Assembly: GCA_028710615.1 (NCBI GenBank) | Contig: JAQTTT010000001.1 | Span: forward strand, 1 to 36,723 | DNA from: Candidatus Nanoarchaeia archaeon | GTDB lineage: Archaea; Nanobdellota; Nanobdellia; Tiddalikarchaeales; Tiddalikarchaeaceae | Length of the DNA stretch: 36,723 bases | Direction: 5' to 3' | Part shown: positions 25,122 through 31,459 of the stretch, in pieces | Layout of the letters: each line of letters begins with the position of its first letter | Position numbering within the stretch: position 1 is the stretch's first letter | Notes under the pieces: model-generated | Seen by the model: the letters and a program-made list of their open reading frames with translations, nothing else | Told to the model about the DNA's origin: nothing | Databases searched by the model: none | Translations under genes and position numbers: made by a program

Positions 25122-26761
25122 TTTTTCTTCTTACTCTTTTTAACTTTTTTATTTTTCGCAGGCACTTCTTTTTTTTCTTCAATTTCAATTTCCGCCTCTT
25201 TTTTGACTATTTTAAAATTAGTGTAAGCATAATTTATTGCCCATGTGATTATTCCTGCTGCTAAAAATATTTTTATCATGCTGAAAAAATCATCCATTAA
25301 TTCAGGCATGAAAATCATTGAGAATCCCAATGCGAACATGAATAATCCTCCGAATAATTTCAGGATTCTTCCATGCTTTTCCTCAAACTTTGACATCCTT
25401 AAAGTGCATGCTGCTGCAAAAACTATGGCTGCTTCATCAAGCATGTAAATTCCCAAATAAATTGCTAAATGCATTAAAAATTCAATTCCAATTATTGAAT
25501 TCCTTGCCATTATTGATGTCCATAATACTGGCAAGCCTGCAGTGCATGGAAGCTCAACCAATGTAACGCTTAAAGCCAAAAGGATTGTGCCTAAAACCAT
25601 TGCTCTTAAAGAATTCTCAGGATTCATCAGTTTCCTGATTTTTTTGAATAATCCCGGCTTATGCTCATCAGATATTGTAAAAGACAATCCTTTTTTATAC
25701 CAAAAATAGTCCTTAATATTTACTGATGCAAACAATAATGCCAATAGCCCTATGAATAATCTTATCCAAAAAACAAAACCCACATAATAAAGGATGTTTA
25801 ATAATCCAACCATGAATATTCCATAAACCACTGTTGTTGTGATTAAGAAAGTCAATCCAATCAATAATATTTTTTTTCTTGAGCCAGTGTAAAGAACTAT
25901 TCCCAATAAAAACATTATCATCCATAAAGAGCATGGATTGACTCCATCCATTATTGCTATTATTAAAGTGACTAAGTATAAAGACATGCTTGACAAATCA
26001 ACATCTCCCATAAAAGGAATTGTGAGGATGAAATCTTCCTCTGAAACCATTGAGTCAGACACTGGAACATTTGAAGTGTATGCATTAATGTTTTCAACAG
26101 GGCAAGAGCATGAATCATTCAGGCATTTGACAATCAGTGATTCAAGATTATTTATTATTGCGCTGTCTCCTGCCAAATAATAATCCCCCAGGAAAACTAT
26201 TGGGAATCCTGCGCTTACAATGCCGTAAGTTTTTTTGAACTCATTGTATAATTCTTTTTGCTCAGGATAATCATGGATTACTATTTCAACGCCGTATTTT
26301 TCCTTTAATTCTGAAAAGGTTTGGTTGGCAACTCCGCATTGCTCGCAGTCCCAGGTTAAAAAAGCGTGAAGGCACAACGGCTCTGCGTCATTAATTATTT
26401 TTTCTCCGCAACCCCCGTAAGCAATGCAATTCTCTATTTGGGAAATGATTGCCGGATTAAGGCTTGAATGGTAACCTTCCCAATATTTGTCTCCTATAAC
26501 TGTGAATGGAACGCCTCTTGGCGAAACTCCAACTTCATTGGCTTTTTGAACCCACAAATTAGCATTTTGCGGCGAGCTTGAAACATCATATAATTTTAGG
26601 TTTATTTGAGGATAAGAATCTATTATTGATTCAAAAAAAGCTTTTTGATTCAGGCAATAAGGGCATCCTGAACTCCAGAAAAAATATATGTCAACCTCGT
26701 ATTGCGCATAAGCGCTTGAAAGCATTAAAGCCAGCATTGACAATAATATTAATTTTTTCAT
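25118..26761 (-). CDS. Secreted tandem thioredoxin/glutaredoxin-like domains fused to a CcdA/DsbD-like transmembrane thiol-disulfide transporter
   Basis: Signal peptide MKKLILLSMLALMLSSAYA. Two CxxC folds: WSSGCPYC and TWDCEQC. A multi-TM domain follows, with the paired Cys motifs DGVNPCSLW and VELPCTAGLP. Lys-rich cytoplasmic tail. Confidence 0.7.
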   Translation of the reverse strand: MKKLILLSMLALMLSSAYAQYEVDIYFFWSSGCPYCLNQKAFFESIIDSYPQINLKLYDVSSSPQNANLWVQKANEVGVSPRGVPFTVIGDKYWEGYHSSLNPAIISQIENCIAYGGCGEKIINDAEPLCLHAFLTWDCEQCGVANQTFSELKEKYGVEIVIHDYPEQKELYNEFKKTYGIVSAGFPIVFLGDYYLAGDSAIINNLESLIVKCLNDSCSCPVENINAYTSNVPVSDSMVSEEDFILTIPFMGDVDLSSMSLYLVTLIIAIMDGVNPCSLWMIMFLLGIVLYTGSRKKILLIGLTFLITTTVVYGIFMVGLLNILYYVGFVFWIRLFIGLLALLFASVNIKDYFWYKKGLSFTISDEHKPGLFKKIRKLMNPENSLRAMVLGTILLALSVTLVELPCTAGLPVLWTSIMARNSIIGIEFLMHLAIYLGIYMLDEAAIVFAAACTLRMSKFEEKHGRILKLFGGLFMFALGFSMIFMPELMDDFFSMIKIFLAAGIITWAINYAYTNFKIVKKEAEIEIEEKKEVPAKNKKVKKSKKKK

Positions 26762-26857
26762 GATTAATTATTTAAACCTCTTATTTTTAAGTTTTTTGCG
26801 GGAAAAAAAATACGGCAATTTCAAAGCCACTTTCCCAATTCTGAGCTCTCTTAAAAG

Positions 26858-26880
26858 AAGGGGAAAAAAAAAATTCCCTT
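26858..26880 (-). terminator. Candidate archaeal oligo-T terminator (T10) with a short stem
   Basis: On the minus strand the RNA reads UAA-GGGAA-U10-CCCCUUCUUUU immediately after the micro-ORF stop. The A10 run on the + strand is at 26864-26873. The aaggg/ccctt arms can pair. Confidence 0.45.
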
Positions 26881-27007
26881 ATTTTTGCTGGCATAAAGCG
26901 CATACTTCTTTTTGCTTGTCTCCGCAATTCAGGCAAAACTTTGAACCGCATTTGCTGCACTTAAAAACTTTTTTGCTTTTCATGTTATTGCATATATCGC
27001 ATTTCAT
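26879..27007 (-). CDS. 42-aa eight-cysteine zinc-finger microprotein (not in the ORF track)
   Basis: Hand translation: MKCDICNNMKSKKVFKCSKCGSKFCLNCGDKQKEVCALCQQK. This gives four CxxC pairs. GAGGTG lies upstream (27021-27026). A T10 terminator follows. The + ORF 26760-27014 is its shadow. Confidence 0.45.
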   Translation of the reverse strand: MKCDICNNMKSKKVFKCSKCGSKFCLNCGDKQKEVCALCQQK

Positions 27008-27067
27008 TAATTAAACTATTCACCTCTCAATTTATTAAAGAAAAAAATTTGGAAAGCCAATAAGCAA

Positions 27068-27205
27068 TTAATCCTTTTTTTTCATAATCTTCGCCCTTTC
27101 TTTGTAGCACTTTGGGCAAATGCTATTATAAGCATTCTGTTTAGTCTTGGGGTTAAAGCCCTTCTTGCAAACTTTGCACCGTATATTATAATTATATGTT
27201 TTCAA
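27068..27205 (-). CDS. 45-aa zinc-ribbon microprotein, probable TTG start (not in the ORF track)
   Basis: Hand translation: (L/M)KTYNYNIRCKVCKKGFNPKTKQNAYNSICPKCYKERAKIMKKKD. It has two CxxC knuckles. AAGGAG lies 11 nt upstream of the TTG. There is no in-frame ATG before the first Cys. Confidence 0.4.
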   Translation of the reverse strand: MKTYNYNIRCKVCKKGFNPKTKQNAYNSICPKCYKERAKIMKKKD

Positions 27206-27260
27206 TTTAATAAAACTCCTTAGCATTGATTAATAATTCGCCATTTATAAACCCTGATAT

Positions 27261-29231
27261 TTATTTCAGCCTTTGAGCCCTTTTTTGAGTGATTGAATGG
27301 CTTATTTTATGCTCAATTGACACATTGCTTTTCAAATCCCTCACCATTATTTCAAAAGGAGCGCTTTTTATTTTAAAATAAAAATGATGCCCTTTGTATT
27401 GCTCTATTCTTAATATTTTTTTTTCAAAGCAATGCCCTTTTTCTTTCAAAATTTCCGACACTGTTTTTATGATTCTTCTTAAATCTTTTGAAGAGTGGAG
27501 CATTTGAATGCTGAAAATATCATCTATTTCATTTAATGGAATATTTTTCATTAGGCTGTGCTGCCACAGCCCTGCAGGCTGCCTGATTCTCATCCTTGCC
27601 CCAAGAATTAACGGATTGCGCTTTAATTCTTTTGTTAAATCTTTTTCAAAAAGAATTGCTTTTTTTTCTCCGCCAATCATAGAAAAAAGATTATTAAGCA
27701 CTTTCAGTGCTTTTTTATGCTCATTAGGGAACATTTCTTCAAACAATGATTCATGCGCGCTGTAAAAATTTGAGCGCTTCTTGCAAAATTTCTCTGAAAC
27801 ATCCATTAAAGCTGCTGCGAGAAGGATTTTTTCTTTTTTTTTCAAAGAAAGATTTAGCGCTTCTTTTTTAAAATCAGCCATGTTTTTTTCAAATAATTCC
27901 ATGAGCTCAGGGCTTATCTCATCTTGAATCCTTTTTACTGCTTTAAAATATTCTGCAACTTTTTTTTTCATGGTGTTTTTTTTATTTTTTAAAGGAGCTC
28001 CAAGATAAAAAGCGATTAAATTGCCCTGATTCCAAAAATTTTTGCTTTTTTCAATTAATGGAAGAGCTAATTCCCCGTAAAGCTTAATCAAGAATCCGTT
28101 AATTAAAAAATGATTTTGGTTTTTTTTTAAAAGATTTAAATAATAAGACAAAAGCCCTTTTTTTCTTTTGTTTTTCATTTCTTTTATGGGCGTATATGAT
28201 ATTTCCAAAATCCTTAATGCAGTTTTTTTTTCGCTTAATCTTGGATTTTGCGCTTTTATTATTCCCATGCTCTTGAGTGTGCATAAGTCTTTAATTTTAA
28301 GCAATTCTTTTTTTAGCTCTTTATTTTTGCTTAATATTATTTTTCCCGTATGCAATGCTTCGGGAATCAATCCCCTGCAGGGCTTGTAAATCTTCCTGGA
28401 TTTAATCATTGGATAAACGGGCAAAGAGTTTTTTTTCAAAAAAAGCGATTGTTTGTTGTCAAAATCAGGTATTATGAATCTTCCATGATTTGATTCTTTC
28501 AGGCATTGCGCGCAGAAATTGTTTGCTGAATAATGAAGCGCTTTTAATGAAATGATTTTAAAATTCGCAAATATTCCATTTTTTAGCAAGCCGCAGCGCG
28601 CCACGCCCTTATTGCTTGCAAACCATTCAAGCTCTTTTTTTGTTGGAAGATTGTAATGAATTGCTTTGAGCTCTTTGAATATCTTTTTAAGAAAATTTTT
28701 CATTTTATTCGGCTTCATCAGGGAATCATCGTTCACTAAAAGCACGCAATCAATATCTGAAAATAAATTAATGCTTTCTTTTCTTAAAAAAAAGCTTCCC
28801 CACCCCATTAAAGCAACATTTTTTTTCTGGTTAAGAACGGATTTTTTAAGCTTTTTAACAAAAGATTTTTTTAAAACAGCGTGTTTTTTTTTAAAAAAAA
28901 AATTTAGCTCAAATCCTTCTTGCCATTGCAAATAACTGCAAACAAGAAATCCGAAAATTTTTTGAAAAAGCGCAAAATCCTGGTTGCATAATGTTTTTGC
29001 AATTTCTTCGCAATCTTTGCATGCCAAAACCTCATTTTTCAGATGAATAATGCTTTTTTCTTTTTTTTGCTTTGAAAAAAAATCCAATTTTTTTTTAAAA
29101 AAATCTGCAAAATCCTGTTCAATGATTAGCTCAGCAGTTAATTTTTTCATGAATTTTTTAATGGTTTTATCGGCAACTGCTTTTCCAAAACCCCTCACTT
29201 TTCTAACTTGAAACTCTTGAAGATTTTCCAT
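27261..29231 (-). CDS. Large Lys-rich protein with a Pol-beta-superfamily nucleotidyltransferase motif and a RelA/SpoT-like C-terminal region
   Basis: Possible HhH at VRGFGKAVADKTIKKF. NTase motif GWGSFFLRKESINLFSDIDCVLLV (28734-28805). The C-terminal 116 aa (27264-27611) carry RMRIRQ, IDDIFSIQM, YKGHHFYF and FEIMVRD, which parallel RelA/SpoT synthetase motifs. The gene is full of A/T homopolymers. Confidence 0.55.
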   Translation of the reverse strand: MENLQEFQVRKVRGFGKAVADKTIKKFMKKLTAELIIEQDFADFFKKKLDFFSKQKKEKSIIHLKNEVLACKDCEEIAKTLCNQDFALFQKIFGFLVCSYLQWQEGFELNFFFKKKHAVLKKSFVKKLKKSVLNQKKNVALMGWGSFFLRKESINLFSDIDCVLLVNDDSLMKPNKMKNFLKKIFKELKAIHYNLPTKKELEWFASNKGVARCGLLKNGIFANFKIISLKALHYSANNFCAQCLKESNHGRFIIPDFDNKQSLFLKKNSLPVYPMIKSRKIYKPCRGLIPEALHTGKIILSKNKELKKELLKIKDLCTLKSMGIIKAQNPRLSEKKTALRILEISYTPIKEMKNKRKKGLLSYYLNLLKKNQNHFLINGFLIKLYGELALPLIEKSKNFWNQGNLIAFYLGAPLKNKKNTMKKKVAEYFKAVKRIQDEISPELMELFEKNMADFKKEALNLSLKKKEKILLAAALMDVSEKFCKKRSNFYSAHESLFEEMFPNEHKKALKVLNNLFSMIGGEKKAILFEKDLTKELKRNPLILGARMRIRQPAGLWQHSLMKNIPLNEIDDIFSIQMLHSSKDLRRIIKTVSEILKEKGHCFEKKILRIEQYKGHHFYFKIKSAPFEIMVRDLKSNVSIEHKISHSITQKRAQRLK

Positions 29232-29344
29232 AAAGAAAGGTATAAATAAAAATATTAATAAATGTTGTTATTCAATTATTGTTAAAGCTTTTTATTCGGC
29301 AACAACAAGAAGTTTTTTATATATTGACTCCTTAGATATGGGCA

Positions 29345-29612
29345 ATGGCTTTGAATAATTTTTTGCTAAAATCAGGGACTGAAATTGAATTGGAAAAACT
29401 AAGGGAAAAAAAAAGAAAAAACTGATTTTGAAACAAGCGTGGAATCTGTGCTTAAAAAAAGGGTTGAAGAAGAAAAACGACTTGATTATTTTAAAAGACA
29501 TCACGGCGCTGGAGGCATTGTTCCTTCTGAAAACTATTCTAACAAACGGCGCGAGGATGAAGCTTTGCTGGAAAAATATTTTATGCAAAAAAGAATAAAA
29601 ATAACTTTATAA
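29345..29612 (+). pseudogene. K/E-rich small ORF (about 88 aa) interrupted by a frameshift in an A9 run
   Basis: Frame 1 reads MALNNFLLKSGTEIELEKLREKKRKN-stop (29345-29425). Frame 2 (29424-29612) reads DFETSVESVLKKRVEEEKRLDYFKRHHGAGGIVPSENYSNKRREDEALLEKYFMQKRIKITL. Frame 2 has no start codon and opens right after a stop at 29400-29402. Removing one A from the A9 run (29406-29414) joins the two frames. Confidence 0.3.
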
Positions 29613-29613
29613 A
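29606..29613 (+). promoter_or_regulatory. Candidate TATA box of the tfb gene
   Basis: tttataaa is centred about 29 nt upstream of the ATG at 29639, with an A-rich BRE-like stretch upstream. Confidence 0.35.
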
Positions 29614-29638
29614 TAGAGAAATTTAGAAATTATTTTCA

Positions 29639-30574
29639 ATGATTTGCAAAAAAAACAATGCTGTTATGGAAGAAATTATCGGATTGAATGATAATTCTTA
29701 TTTATGCGAATGCGGAAACAAATCATTGTTTTCAACCAATAAAGACGGATATTTGACTTGCATGGAGTGCGGATTGGTTTATGATGATTCAAAATCTTTT
29801 GAATTCAGGGATGCTCAGACTTACACTTTTGAAGAATTTTTATCAAATAAAAGAACTGAAGTTTTCAGGAGCGTTGGAATGAGAACAGTTGTAAGGGGAG
29901 GGAAAGATTATTTTCATAAACACTTGGGGCTTGAAAAAACAAAAAAATTCAGAAGGCTTTCAAAAATACATAACACTTCAATAAATAATGCTGAAAGGAA
30001 TTACATAATAGCAAAGCCTTGCCTTGAGAATCTTGCAAAAAACCTTAAAATTAATATTCCTGATTTTGTCCAAAAAACTGCTTGGAAAATTTATAAGCAG
30101 TCTTTTCATCAAAAATTGCTGAGAGGCAGGACTATTGAAAGCTTTTGCGCGGCATCGCTTTATTCTGCAATAAGAATGCATGATATTCCCCTGACTCTTG
30201 ATGACATAATATCTGTTTTTAAAATTAATAAATTTTCTGTCAAAAAAACTTTTTCAATTGTTGTTCAAGAAGTCCTTCCGAAATTAAATTATTTTTATAT
30301 TCCTCTCAGCCCAACATCAATTATACAAAGATTTTCAAGCTCTTTAGGTTTAAGCGGGGAAGCTGAAAAAAAAGCCATTGATATATTGAAAAATGCTAAA
30401 GATTCCGGGCTTAATTTTTTGGGAAAAGACCCTAAAGGATACGCTGCATCAGCAATTTATTTGGCTGGAAAAATAATGGATTGCAAGGCAACTCAGGAAA
30501 AAATATCAAGCGCTATTGGCACAACTGAGCTGACAATAAGAAATAGGAACAATGATTTGAAAAAATTTTGCTGA
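29639..30574 (+). CDS. tfb: Transcription initiation factor IIB (TFB)
   Basis: N-terminal zinc ribbon LCECGNKS...LTCMECGLVYDD. Two cyclin-like repeats follow (RGRTIESFCAASLYSAIRMHDIPLTLDDI and GKDPKGYAASAIYLAGKIMDCKATQEKIS), with a C-terminal HTH TTELTIRNR. Confidence 0.88.
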   Translation: MICKKNNAVMEEIIGLNDNSYLCECGNKSLFSTNKDGYLTCMECGLVYDDSKSFEFRDAQTYTFEEFLSNKRTEVFRSVGMRTVVRGGKDYFHKHLGLEKTKKFRRLSKIHNTSINNAERNYIIAKPCLENLAKNLKINIPDFVQKTAWKIYKQSFHQKLLRGRTIESFCAASLYSAIRMHDIPLTLDDIISVFKINKFSVKKTFSIVVQEVLPKLNYFYIPLSPTSIIQRFSSSLGLSGEAEKKAIDILKNAKDSGLNFLGKDPKGYAASAIYLAGKIMDCKATQEKISSAIGTTELTIRNRNNDLKKFC

Positions 30575-30635
30575 AGTTTTCATTGTTAATAATAAAAAAG
30601 TTTAAAAAGTTCGTTTTGTTTTTTTAACTAAAGTA

Positions 30636-30977
30636 ATGGGATTAAAAAAAATGGAAATTAATGTTGGGGAGTTGGAATTTAAATTAATTGAAGGCATTCC
30701 TTTGTGGGCTGCGTTTAAGCCAGAGGTTGCAGAAAAAGAGGGAATTCTGTATGTGCGGAATAAAGATTCTGGGGTTGTTTACAGGCATTTAAATAACGGC
30801 GATCTTGAATGCGTGAGCTGCGGCTCTGAAATTTTGGGAGCAAGAGTTGCTCATCCAGTGCATAATGGCCCTTTTCCTTTATCTGGTTCAGGGCAATGCA
30901 GGTATGAAGATGTGCCTTATTGCCCTAAGTGCGAAAAAAAACCTAATGGGCATGGCTCATTCATAAAGCGCGGATAA
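30636..30977 (+). CDS. Hypothetical protein with a CxxC...CxxC zinc-ribbon-like pair
   Basis: 113-aa ORF with CVSCGSE and CPKCEKK separated by about 40 aa. No family recognised. Confidence 0.45.
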   Translation: MGLKKMEINVGELEFKLIEGIPLWAAFKPEVAEKEGILYVRNKDSGVVYRHLNNGDLECVSCGSEILGARVAHPVHNGPFPLSGSGQCRYEDVPYCPKCEKKPNGHGSFIKRG

Positions 30978-31019
30978 AAAGATTTATTATTTATATTAAA
31001 TTATAAATATAAGGATTTT

Positions 31020-31235
31020 ATGGGCGGATTTATTGAAAAATTAATGGATAACGCGGAAGATATTGGGAAATTGCTTAATGGCAGGGATTGGGATTCAATC
31101 CGTGATAATGAGAAAAGAATGATTTGGGGCATTTTTTTGGAGGTTGATTATGAAAGCGCAGTCAGCATTTTAGAGCGCTATGAGATTTATAAATGCAAGA
31201 TTAAACGATATGAAGATTATAAAAAGCGAAATTAA
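31020..31235 (+). CDS. Hypothetical small protein
   Basis: 71-aa ATG ORF. No motif recognised. Confidence 0.35.
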   Translation: MGGFIEKLMDNAEDIGKLLNGRDWDSIRDNEKRMIWGIFLEVDYESAVSILERYEIYKCKIKRYEDYKKRN

Positions 31236-31321
31236 AAATTATTTAATAATTCTTTTCAATGCATTAAATTGCATTATTTTTTGTCCAAAAAATAATTTGG
31301 TTGCTTATTAATTAATAGGAC

Positions 31322-31405
31322 CGCTAAGAGCAGGATTTGAACCTGCGCCCCCTTTCGGAGATCAGCTCTCAAGGCTGACGCGTTAGACCGCTCCGCCATC
31401 TTAGC
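31322..31405 (-). tRNA. tRNA-Ser (anticodon UGA), class II with a long variable arm, no encoded CCA
   Basis: Reverse complement: acceptor GCTAAGA/TCTTAGC plus discriminator G. Anticodon stem TCAGC/GCTGA with loop CTTGAGA. Variable arm CTCC-GAAA-GGGG. T arm GCAGG-TTCAAAT-CCTGC. 84 nt. Confidence 0.85.
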
Positions 31406-31459
31406 AATTATTTATTATTAGAATTTCTTTGGTTTTTAAAAGTTGCGAGTGAAACTAAA

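Noticed and set aside
26760-27014. 84-aa + strand ORF
   Set aside because: It starts at the complement of the DsbD-like gene start region and runs antisense to the eight-Cys micro-ORF. There is no SD or TATA context. The minus-strand peptide, with its regular CxxC spacing and SD, is the better explanation.
29292-29588. 98-aa minus-strand ORF (Phe-rich) between the NTase-like gene and tfb
   Set aside because: The poly-Phe and basic composition is the typical antisense image of a Lys/Glu-rich + strand coding region. The + strand reading gives a far more protein-like sequence (see the frameshifted ORF 29345-29612).
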